This document shows, one piece after another, positions 37,701-48,262 of a stretch of 64,000 nt of DNA. The notes beneath the pieces are model-generated. The model was not told where the DNA came from, did no database searches, and saw nothing but the letters and a program-made list of their open reading frames with translations. The number at the start of each line of letters is the position of its first letter. The stretch's first letter is position 1. The translations under genes were made by a program, and so were the position numbers. Source of the DNA: Macrostomum hystrix (lineage: Eukaryota; Animalia; Platyhelminthes); NCBI GenBank assembly GCA_950097015.1, contig CATNEN010000007.1, positions 12,090,001-12,154,000 of the forward strand, in the 5' to 3' direction.

Positions 37701-39099
37701 GGCATCGCGAGGGCCGCTGCTTCAAGGATGTCACTGCAAAACGCGGCGTGTCGCTGCTCGATGCTGCCCCAGGCTTGCGGGCCCTGGAGTTCATCGAGGT
37801 GCTGCTGGAAGGCGGTCCATTGGGCTTTGCGAAAGCTCCAGCGGGTACGGCGGCGGGTGTCACGGCATTGGCGTAACCGTGTCAGCGGGAACGTGATTGG
37901 CAGGTGGTCGCTGCCCATATCACGCTCCGTCCTCCAGCCGTTGGCGATGTTCGCTGCCAGGCACTCACTGGCGAGCGTCAGGTCCGGGGAGCTGCGGAAG
38001 CCGCTGCTTGGGCTGCTGCGGGTGTGTGCGGCACCATTGCAAATTTGGAGGTGGTTAGCAGAGCACCAGTGTTCGATCGAGTGGCCCCTCTCGTCCCCAT
38101 CGACCCAGCCGTCCCAGCTGCCATGGCCGTTGAAGTCCCCTCCGATCACCGTGGTGTCATTCGTTGGGAGGAGTGCGAGGTTCGGTGTCCAATTGTCGTG
38201 GCGCTGGGCACTCGCAGGCGGCGCGTAAACGTTGACAATTTAGACTGGCGCGCGGCCTTCGGGGTGGATGGTGATAGCAGCAGCGTCCAGTTTGTCCTGG
38301 TCTTGTGGAATAGACGGAAGGTTGCTGTACCGAACGTCGAGGCGCACCAGGGTGATGACTCCGCCCCTGCCGGTCGTCTTTTTTGTTTCTTGGTGTTAAC
38401 GGCCGGGGGCGACGCCGTCCTATTGCGCCCCAACGCATCACTGAGCTTGGCCCCGTCTGGCGGTTGAATTTGCGCCTGTGGGAGCGGGTTGTCCCGCTCG
38501 GAGCAAGCGGTGCGGCGGGAGCGACAGCCTCGGCACCAGTTGCTACGGTCGTCTGGGAACCGGAGGCGACACGTAGGTCTGGCCACAAGCCTTCCAGCAA
38601 CGCGCATCGACGGTCCGCCGGTATCGTTGGAGGTGCCCGGCTGGTCGTCAGCCGTGCGTGGTTGAGCACCATCCAGACGCGGCTGGGCATCCTGGTTAAC
38701 ACTTTCAGCGTCGTTGAGGTACGGGATCCCGTCGACCCGAGCGGCGACGCAGTAGTTCGCGGGAGGGGTGAAATCCTCGTCCTTGACCAGCTTTGTCTCC
38801 TGGATCAGGGCGACGGCCGGGCGGTGTGTCGCGAGCCAATGACTCAGCTCCGTCATGCGGGCCTTCAGTCCGTTAGAATTGAACTGAAGAGCGCGGAGCT
38901 CTTGAGTCGGCTCTGCTTGAGACCTCCGGTCGCGCCCTCTGCGCTTGCGTGCTGACCGACGGGTCCTTGGACGCTTGGCGCTGGGGTTGGCGTTGGCGTT
39001 GCCTCCACGGAGACGCAGCACTTGTAGCAGTTCACTATCGATGTCGGAGTCTGCGCAGACTCGGTGGTTGGGGAGACCGTTAGTCCTCTCCAGGGGCAC
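34772..39099 (-). pseudogene. LINE polyprotein ORF with two lesions
   Basis: Track ORFs 38146-39099 and 34772-38149 join into one ~1440-codon frame if one A is added to the A6 run at 38379-38384 and the TAA at 38242-38240 is read through (..GRAPV*IVNVYAPP..). Confidence 0.85.
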
Positions 39100-39125
39100 G
39101 TCGTGGACGTCGTCTCCTAGCCCCC
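39072..39125 (-). ncRNA. HDV-like self-cleaving ribozyme (minimal, P4-less) at LINE 5' end
   Basis: GGGGGC UA GGAGACG ACG UCCACGA CGU GCCCCU GG AGAGGA CUAA CG GUCUCC. This maps to P1 (6 bp, G-U at the cleavage site), P2, P3, L3 UCCnCG, P1.1 CC/GG and J4/2 CUAA with the catalytic C. G1 coincides with the element boundary. Confidence 0.8.
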
Positions 39126-39181
39126 GCTGCTGCTACTGCTACTGCTGCTGCTGCTGCTAATGCTGTTACTGCTGCTACTGC
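39126..39181. repeat. Imperfect (CTG)n microsatellite flanking LINE 5' end
   Basis: GCTGCTGCTACTGCTACTGCTGCTG... Confidence 0.9.
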
Positions 39182-39498
39182 CTATCTCCGCAGTGCTAAT
39201 GCAGCAGTGTCATAACATCGCTCATACAAAGAGACAGGCCGGCAAGGCAAGACCTTGCAACAACGACCTGCATGACAGACGTCAAGGTAGCACATAACGT
39301 CCCGTCAGTGTAGCTGCTCGGAGGTTGAATACAGGAGGGCCAGCACCGACGAGTTCTGTTGGTCAGAGGCTTGCTTGCAATGAGACAGAGTGCCCAGGAA
39401 GATTAAAGGGAAGCTTTAGTGGTAGTTAAAATGTGGGGGCTTCGCCCCGCCACGGCTTCCTCCTATCTCTGCTGTGTTAATCATTCCCGATGCGAACA

Positions 39499-39812
39499 GA
39501 TAGGCCGGCCTCTCTGCCTATCCCTGCAGTGTAAACCCCACCCCAGTGCAAAGAGATAGGCAGGCCTCTCTGCCTATCCCTGCAGTGTAAACCCCACCCC
39601 AGTGCAAAGAGATAGGCAGGCCTCTCTGCCTATCCCTGCAGTGTAAACCCCACCCCAGTGCAAAGAGATAGGCCGGCCTCTCTGCCTATCCCTGCAGTGT
39701 AAACCCCACCCCAGTGCAAAGAGATAGGCCGGCCTCTCTGCCTATCCCTGCAGTGTTAACCCCACCCCAGTGCAAAGAGATGGGCCGGCCTCTCTGCCTA
39801 TCCCTGCAGTGT
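39499..39812. repeat. 56-bp minisatellite, ~5.5 copies, each with an internal hairpin
   Basis: GATAGGCMGGCCTCTCTGCCTATC CCTGCAGTGTAAACCCCACCCCAGTGCAAAGA; GATAGGC pairs with GCCTATC. Confidence 0.93.
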
Positions 39813-40993
39813 TAGGGTTCTGCAGTGTTAGGGGTCGGCAGGGTTCTGCTATCTCCTGCTACTCACATCGCATTCAAAGCTGAAAATATAGTTGAATATT
39901 TCAGGCATCCCAGAGTGAGGCGGCAATATGTAGACCTTGGGTCCATCGACAGGGCAATGTCTCTTTGTCTCGCCCGTCATTCTTCCCAATTGCTCAATTC
40001 CGCTGTCGTTTTATTGGGCAATTATTTTGATAAAAGCAGTTTTCAAAGTGAACAATGACAGCCTTCAGAGCCTCGCGTGAGCTCGCAGCGGCCCGCAAGC
40101 AACAGCCGCCGCCGCCGCTGCTTCCACCCGCCCTCAGTGCTGCCTTGATAGGCAAAGTAAAGCGAATCAGACATACGTACGTCACGAGATGGAGAAGGAT
40201 TAAGATGAGAGGGGGACTCACCTGGGGACTGGGATGAGGGATTGGCGGAATCCGGTTATTTATGCCGGCCGGACCCCCCTTCCATGGCTCAGCTGGGAGA
40301 GCTGCGCAGATGCCCATAATTCCTGATCCCCTTCCTGGCGAGCCAAAGGGATAATTGCCCCTGCCCCGCCAGAGTTTCGCGGGCCCAGGCGGGGGCCACT
40401 CGAGCAGGCCGCGCAGGAAGGCCGCGCAGAAAGGCCCGGAGAAAGCGCCGGAAAATGCCGGCGAGCTCTGAGGATCGGGCCGCGAAAGTGCAACCAAGCA
40501 TCTGGCCTGGGGTCGAACCATGGATGACTTGTTTTCCAAGAAGGCCGCCCTCTGCCTTTGCTTCTTGAATGAAATTATCCGTGCGGTAAAGTTGACTCAA
40601 GTATTCGCAAAGATCAACCAGCCGAAGATGGGGCCGCTAAGCAACCAGCTCAGCTAATTTTACATCGAATTCAATTTTACCCATTGGGGCCACATTTGGG
40701 CTCAGTTGTGCAGGTGAGGGCATTGAGCAGTGTGAGCACTCGCTGCCTCAACTGCTGCCCCCGGCCGCGCTCCCGGATTGGTCGAGGCCAGGCAGCCCGA
40801 TCGGTATTTCGCGCTGATCCGAGTCTGACGCTGCCAGCCGCCAGAGCCGTGGATATTCTCCTGAGGCTGCCGAAGCTGCTGATTTCCGACATCAGCGATT
40901 CACGGTGAGCCAAACGGTTCTCAATTTCTAAGAAATCGAACGAGGCGCTTAACTGGGATCCTTGGACCATGCTAGACAAAACTTTGCTAGCCG

Positions 40994-41474
40994 GGATATT
41001 TACTAGGTGGGGAGTTTGTTAGTTGGGATATTTACTAGGTGGGGAGTTTGTTAGTTGGGATATTTACTAGGTGGGGAGTTTGTTAGCTGGGATATTTACT
41101 AGGTGGGGAGTTTGTTAGTCGGGATATTTACTAGGTGGGAGTTTGTTAGTTGGGATATTTACTAGGTGGGGGAGTTTGTTAGCTGGGATATTTACTAGGT
41201 GGGGAGTTTGTTAGTTGGGATATTTACTAGGTGGGGAGTTTGTTAGCTGGGATATTTACTAGGTGGGGAGTTTGTTAGTCGGGATATTTACTAGGTGGGA
41301 GTTTGTTAGTTGGGATATTTACTAGGTGGGGGAGTTTGTTAGCTGGGATATTTACTAGGTGGGGAGTTTGTTAGCTGGGATATTTACTAGGTGGGAGTTT
41401 GTTAGTTGGGATATTTACTAGGTGGGGAGTTTGTTAGTTGGGATATTTACTAGGTGGGGAGTTTGTTAGTTGGG
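40994..41474. repeat. 31-33-bp minisatellite, ~15 copies
   Basis: (GGGATATTTACTAGGTGGGGAGTTTGTTAGYT)n. Confidence 0.95.
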
Positions 41475-41962
41475 CTGTGTCGAATTGGTCACGATGGTCC
41501 CGCTGAGAAAATCCCGGCGTCTGGGAGCCAGGTCCGAGATCAATCTTCCCCGGGTCGGATGTTGCCGGAGTAGCGGAGGGAGATCCACAACCCCAGATTT
41601 GCATACATTGCAGCCTACCTGCATTTCCTAGAATGGGATCCGGACAGGTATTGGGGAGTGAGGGGCTGCTGCTGTGCTCACTGAGCTCCGGTGATCAATG
41701 GCGCAGATCGCGCCTGTTTTGGCCGCTATCGTCAGCAACGGCTTTCACGGAGGCCTTCCTGCAACAATGGCAGCAGAAACACTCAGCCAGATTTAACACT
41801 GCCTCAGTGGCACGCAGTGCCTGACAGCAACACCGTGCTTATGGGGCCTATTTATAGCCTGATCAGCATCCCAGATTTATTATAGCTCGTATTGCTTCCC
41901 TCCAGTTCCAAAACACACGTCCTGCACCCTGACTAGGATTAGAGCCTGAATGATTGAGATTG

Positions 41963-42200
41963 GGATTAAGCGGCTGAAGACAGTCTGGCATCAGGATTAG
42001 CGGCTGAAGACAGTCTGGGATCAGGATTAGCGGCTGAATACAGCCTGGGATAATGATTAGCGGCTGAATACAGCCTGGGATAATGATTAGCGGCTGAATA
42101 CAGTCTGGGATTAGGATTAACGGCTGAATACAGTCTGGGATCAGGATTAGCGGCTGAAGACAGTCTGGGATCAGGATTAGCGGCTGAAGACAGCCTGGGT
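41963..42200. repeat. 30-bp minisatellite, 8 copies
   Basis: (GGATTAGCGGCTGAAKACAGYCTGGGATCA)n. Confidence 0.93.
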
Positions 42201-42651
42201 CTCACCGCTGATCAACCGCGGAAAAGTGAATGACCAGAATTATCGACCGAGGCACAAAGGCAACAGTCGGAATCAAGGACCGAGTCATGAAGGGCAAAGT
42301 AGATGGTGTGTGGAATGTCCCGAGGGGAAAAACCTTTGCAACCCAGGCATGACAAATCTCTGCGGCATCCGTTTCGCGCGCATTTTACTTTTACTCAGGC
42401 GCCGACAAAAACAAATTCCGCAGCTGAGAAGCTTGCGAAGCTGAGTACAAGCACTTCACGATTGTCCTGCCAAGCCTATATTTCCCTCCCACAGTCTTTC
42501 ACCTTTCTGTTTTAATTTACTCGAGTCCATTTTTATCCGTCCTGTTGGACAGCTTGAGATTTCTGTCAGTGACTGGGATCTGGCTCCGCCCCCCACAGCC
42601 GTGTCTGCGAACAGCTGCGGAGCATCAACCCTGTGGCTGAGCAAGCCAGCG

Positions 42652-45600
42652 ATGAAGAACTCAATATTGCTTCTGCTGCCTCTGCCGCTGCTGCTTCTGC
42701 CGCTTCTGCCGCTTGCGGACGCGGCTGCCTCCAAGGACGTCGCCGAGGCGCTCCTGACAACTCTGGACGCCTTGGACGTCGCCTTGGACTTCATGAGCGA
42801 CAACATCGACTTTGTCAACCTGGACGGCGTCATCGGCATCCGGACTGTTGAAGGTGGGTCGCAGACTCCCGTGCCAGTCCTGTGCTGTCTGATCCCCACT
42901 CACCCCAGCCTGTCCTGTGCTGTCTGATCCCCACTCCCCAGCCAGTCCTGTGCTGTCTGATCCCCACTCCCCCAGCCAGTCCTGTGCTGTCTGATCCACG
43001 CTCACCCCAGCCAGTCCTGCGCTATCTGATCCCCTCTCCCCCAGCCAGTCCTGTGCTGTCTGATCCCCACTCCCCCAGCCAGTCCTGTGCTGTCTGATCC
43101 CCACTCACCCCAGCCTGTCCTGTGCTATCTGATCCCCACTCCCCCAGCCAGTCCTGTGCTGTCTGATCCCCACTCCCCCAGCCAGTCCTGTGCTATCTGA
43201 TCCCCACTCCCCCAGCCAGTCCTGTGCTGTCTGATCCCTACTCCCCCAGCCAGTCCTGTGCTGTCTGATCCCCACTCCCCCAGCCAGTCCTGTGCTGTCT
43301 GATCCCCACTCCCCCAGCCTGTCCTGTGCTATCTGATCCCCACTCCCCCAGCCTGTCCTGTGCTATCTGATCCCCACTCCCCCAGCCAGTCCTGTGCTAT
43401 CTGATCCACACTCCCCCAGCAAGTCCTGTGATGTCTGATCCCCACTCACCCCACCCCGATACCGACTCCCGCAGGCCAGTCGGATGCGCTTCTAGCCCGC
43501 TACTGGAGCCGTCTGCCGCCATGGGTGGCCGCCCGCCTCGCCGATCTGCACGACCGGGCCGGTCGGGCCGCCCAGCAGGGCGTCCGGTCTGTGCGCAGGA
43601 GAACGCCTGTGTATTATGCCAGTGAGACCGTACTTTGTGCACTTGTGACACCTGCGGACTAGGTTGTACACTAGTATAATTTTTTATAGTCCCTCACGAC
43701 TAAAGGAACACTACTGTACACAGGTACACATGAACTACAGAATTTAGGTACACGTACAGAAAACTCAGGAAAAAATAAAAAGTGCACTTGGGTATCCGAC
43801 AGCCATATTTGCTCCTGCGTTGCGTTGAAATGAGGAAAAATCCCCAGGGCTAGACATTTCGCTAACGCAGAGCCGCAGAATCCTGTGGGACATGGAACCC
43901 GGCTGCCAACAGGTGAGCTCAACTCCGAGAAGCAGCCGATCGGATAAACAAGCTTTAGACTATCCCAAATCTTCATTTATCCCCAAATGCCTTCGCGATC
44001 TGCTTTCGTATGCAAATCCCATTCCATTAACTCTAATCCCCTAGATTCTCTGATCCCCTAGATTCTCTGATCCCCTTATTCATCTTCTATCTTGTTCTCG
44101 AGTTACCCGTTGCATCACGTGACGCTTGTCTCCTTCCAGACGCGGGCAGCATGATCGGCCAGCACTTCTGGGACACCTTTTACCCCGCCAGGGCGCTGCC
44201 GCATCTGCGGCCTCCGGCTGCGTCCGGCGACTCGAAGCAGGCCAAGGAGCAGTTCAACGAGAAATTCAGCGACGATTGCATCCGGGAGTTCCACGGATCA
44301 GCGGGGTGAGGCGCCTCAGACTCATGCGGAATATGATGACAGCCGGATGGGTCAGGGACTCAGCTGGGATGGGTCAGGGAATTAGCTAGGATGGGTCAGG
44401 GAATCAGCTGGGATGGGTCAGGGAATTAGCTAGGATGGGTCAGGGAATCAGCTGGGATGGGTCAGGGAATTAGCTAGGATGGGTCAGGGAATCAGCTGGG
44501 ATGGGTCAGGGAATCAGCTGGGATGGGTCAGGGAATCAGCTGGGATGGGAATGAATTCTGGGCTGGAATTCATTCAGCCGTCCATCACCTGTTCGCTCTC
44601 GCAGGAAGCCAGTCGGCAGCTGCTCTGTGTCGGAGCGCTGTTGGCAGGGAATGGTGCTGCCACGCAGTATGACCGACTACTCGCTGACCCACCAGCTGTT
44701 CTACCTCATGAACGGTGTCCAGGTAACATTACTGGAGATGAGATTAGAGATGCTAGATTCGATCACTGTCCTGCTACAGTCAAGTCACCACTAATATCGG
44801 AAATCAGATCGGGTCATCTGGAAATATCCTATATTGAGTTGCCGAAATTCCTAGGTCTGAAACTGCAAATATTGATCAAGTTGCAGTCACCCGATCCATC
44901 ATTGATAAGCAGTCTGCGAGTACTCACCATTTTCTTAAATTGTAGCCCGGATTTAGTTCCGCACTGTCAAAAATGGCCGACATGATGAAGTTTTGTGAGC
45001 AGAAAAATGATGCCCATATGGTGTTTTTTGCCAACAGACACCCTGACGAGAATCATCGAATATCTCGACGATGCCGATGTTTTCTGATTCTGGAAGTTTT
45101 TTAATCGGATAAAGCAAAAACTATAGAGCCCGTGTTCTGGATTATTACGGCGATTGTCCCGTGGTATTTCTACTGTAATTAATACTTCAGGCCAACTGCC
45201 TGTCCAATCTCACTACTCTGGCCCCCACCCCACGTCACGCAGGCCAACTGCCTGTCCAATCTCACTACTCTGGCCCCCAACTCACGTCACGCAGGCCAAC
45301 TGCCTGTCCAATCTCACCGCTCTGGCCCCCACCCCACGCCACGCAGGCCAACTGCCTGTCCAATCTCACCGCTCTGGCCCCCACCCCACGCCACGCAGGC
45401 CAACTGCCTGTCCAATCTCACCGCTCTGGCCCCCACCCCACGCCACGCAGGCCAACTGCCTGTCCAATCTCACCGCTCTGGCCCCCACCCCACGCCACGC
45501 AGGCCAACTGCCTGTCCAATCTCACCGCTCTGGCCCAAGCCCAACCGCCAGCCGGCACAGACGGCAGCCTATCCAGCGTGTTTGACGACATCTGCGCGCG

Positions 45601-46383
45601 CATCTTTGTGGAAGCAAAAAGTCTCGAGGCCGCAGGCTTCCCAAAGCCGGACAGGGACCTCTTCATGGAGCAGAGTAAGCCATATGAACTCGAATGCGGA
45701 TTCAATTGCAACAGCTGGTTTGACACAGCGGAATAAATTCAGTGACAGGGAAACGCATTGGGGAGAGGGCAAGCATTCCAAATGCTCATAAAGCTCTGAG
45801 CAACACAAGCTGCGTTCGATTCCGCGATTGAAATAAATGCGCTTGTGTTGGCTATGAATTCATTGCGGCAAAGCGAGCGATTGAAATAAATGCGCGTGTG
45901 TTGGCTATGAATTCATTGCGGCAAAGCGAGTTTATTCTCGTACGAGTATAAGTCATCTTCCTGATACGCCTCGAGTCCTCACCTTATTTTTGCAGTTGTG
46001 GCTGCAGTTTTTTGCTGCACTTGATTTGGTGCTTAGACCGAGTGGGCGGGTGGGATTTGCTTTCGTTCGTTTTCTATTATAGTTAAACGCGCCAATTCAA
46101 ATTCAAAATTTCAGTCGGCCTGTGCGGCTTGGCCGGCTACGCGGAGTTCGCGCAGTGGCGCTGGCTGCCGTTGCTGTTGAGCTGGCAGCGGCCCAACGGT
46201 TGCTACGGCCAGTTCCCCGGCGAGGCGATCGACCCGCGCAATTTCCAGCCGACCCGCTACGGAAACTACCGCAAGCGGGCCGAGATGCGCATGCCGCTGG
46301 GCTGCCTGTCGCACCGAACCTCCGTGGCCCTGGACGCCCTGCTGGCCTTCGCCAGGCGGGCCGTGGAAGCCTTGGCCGCCTGA
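42652..46383 (+). CDS. C16orf89: UPF0764 / C16orf89-like secreted protein, ~357 aa, 6 exons
   Basis: Exons 42652-42853, 43475-43621, 44140-44305, 44605-44722, 45503-45674, 46115-46383, all phase-compatible. Leu-rich signal peptide; family motifs NLDGVIGIR, SDDCI, YSLTHQLF, RDLFMEQIGLCG, LSWQRPNGCYG, GCLSHRTSVA. Confidence 0.82.
42873..43453. repeat. ~34-bp minisatellite (C16orf89 intron 1)
   Basis: (GCCAGTCCTGTGCTGTCTGATCCCCACTCCCCCA)n. Confidence 0.95.
44346..44549. repeat. 22-bp minisatellite (C16orf89 intron 3)
   Basis: (GGATGGGTCAGGGAATYAGCTR)n. Confidence 0.93.
45188..45536. repeat. 52-bp minisatellite spanning a splice acceptor (C16orf89 intron 4 / exon 5)
   Basis: CAG|GCCAACTGCCTGTCCAATCTCAC.. 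starts at 45191, 45243, 45295, 45347, 45399, 45451 and 45503. Confidence 0.95.
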
Positions 46384-47436
46384 GCAGGATGAGAACGTTG
46401 AGCTAGAGCAGCGTGTCTGTTGTCAGTTATTTATAGCCAACTCGAGCGCAAGGCGCAGTTTCCCACCCCTAAATGATCAAGCTTGATGAGATTTCCATGA
46501 AAGTGTGAACAGAGGAATATTTTTGAGCCACTATTACAATAAATAATAAATTTGAAAATGAACATCTCTTTGATTGAATGCAGGTGGACTTTCTTTGCCC
46601 CAGTGCCATTCGTTGGCATTGAGCTGCAAGCAAGCTGTCCAAAGCAATTAATGCTTTTCACCGTCCGGTCGAAAGTCTTGTCATCGTTAACTAAAACGGG
46701 AATGCATTAAACTAAGGGAAGATAAGGCAGATATTCATTACGGAAGTGGAATAGAAATGAAAATAAACATTGCACGTACTTGGCTGGCACAGCCGCAGCT
46801 ATTGCGCGAAAGGTGATTCCTAGAAAGTGCACCAGCTGTCTCCGGAGACAGTCTAATATAAAATGAGTGATTCTCGTAACGAACTGTTCGCACAGGCAAT
46901 TTTTTAATTAATATACAAAAATGTAATCAACTCTGTTATTTTATTACAGCATCCGGAGTTCAGAAAGCGTCAAATATATTTGTTTATTTTTTGTCTCTTA
47001 ATAGGTTTATTAGCAGGGTTTTCTTTATGAGTTGAGAGGGTGCAGAGGCGAGTCTGGCACGCAGCCGAAGGCCCAGCGAAAGCAGGCGAGAAAAAACAGT
47101 TTCACACTGGCTTGGAGTGCACCTTGAGTACTGCAATGGTACGAGGGCAGCAATAAGAATTCAAGCAATTATAGCTTGTAACAATGGCAAAGGTGCAATG
47201 TACAGTGCGGAGCGCGGAGGTCAAAGAGTTATGGCACACTGAATAACGCAGTGTACATCCAGCTTATCTGTGTACGATTCGAAAAAAGACAATCAAATAA
47301 AAAACTATCATGGGAAAGGAAGTCCGCTATATAGAAATTAGTGAATGTTGATCGGCTAAATTAAAATAGCGATTAGGCAGCGAGGCCTGTGTAAGAGCAA
47401 ATAGGTAGACTTTAGAGACTTTGACTGCAGAGACTG

Positions 47437-48027
47437 ACAAGCTGGAGTGACCTTGGGTGCAGAGACAGACAAGCAGGAGTGACCTTGGGTGCACAGACAG
47501 ACAAGCAGGAGTGACCTTGGGTGCACAGACAGACAAGCAGGAGTGACCTTGGGTGCACAGACAGACAAGCAGGAGTGACCTTGGGTGCAGAGACAGAGGA
47601 GCTGGAGTGACATTGGATGCAGTAACAGAGGAGCTGGAGTGACATTGGATGCAGTGACAGAGGAGCAGGAGTGACATTGGATGCAGTGACAGAGGAGCTG
47701 GAGTGACATTGGAGGCAGTGACAGAGGAGCTGGAGTGACATTGGATGCAGTGACAGAGGAGCTGGAGTGACATTGGATGCAGTGACAGAGGAGCTGGAGT
47801 GACATTGGATGCAGTAACAGAGGAGCTGGAGTGACATTGGATGCAGTGACAGAGGAGCTGGAGTGACATTGGAGGCAGTGACAGAGGAGCTGGAGTGACA
47901 TTGGATGCAGTGACAGAGAAGCTGGAGTGACATTGGATGCAGTGACAGAGGAGCTGGAGTGACATTGGATGCAGTGACAGAGGAGCTGGAGTGACATTGG
48001 ATGCAGTGACAGAGAAGCTGGAGTGAC
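47437..48027. repeat. 32-bp minisatellite with two sub-arrays, 3' of MOB2
   Basis: GGAGTGACCTTGGGTGCACAGACAGACAAGCA switching to GGAGTGACATTGGATGCAGTGACAGAGGAGCT. Confidence 0.95.
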
Positions 48028-48262
48028 GATAGGTGCAAACGAGTGCATTGCTTGTTTTATAATAATTACTATCCGGGCTACAGGCAAATAGAGCTATGAG
48101 AGCTGCAGCCCTCTGGCGTAAGCAATGGAAATGGGTTAGCAGTGTCAACAGATGAGGCGGGGAAATCATGGCAGCTCCAAGACACCCTCAAGGTCCAAGA
48201 TACTCAGTTAAAATGTGGAGTGAAAGGCGAGAGGAAAGGCAGACGGCTGGGGCACAAGCGGC

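Larger units (their letters stand above)
34707..39125 (-). mobile_element. Full-length non-LTR retrotransposon, I-group / Ingi-like (single ORF: APE-RT-RNase H-zinc knuckle)
   Basis: APE motifs LQFNSNGL, IQETKL, GGVITLV, NVYAPP, GGDFNGH, SPDLT, SDHLPI. RT motifs SPGPDGI, YRPVAL, QAGFR, GLPQGSVLAP, YADD. RNase H motifs WTDGS, AEI, SDS, WVPAH..GNELAD. C-terminal CRDC..EHILFEC. Short 3' UTR with a (GAA)n tail; CAG-rich repeats on both flanks. Confidence 0.93.

Noticed and set aside
34823-38955. Plus-strand ORFs overlapping the LINE
   Set aside because: Antisense shadows of a GC-rich coding sequence, with no recognisable motifs.
39825-40980. GC-rich ORFs (e.g. 39994-40539) as a gene
   Set aside because: No recognisable domain or consistent exon chain; may be regulatory DNA or decayed mobile DNA.
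47327-48169. Cys/His-rich ORFs resembling metal-binding proteins
   Set aside because: Products of a 32-bp minisatellite open in all three frames.
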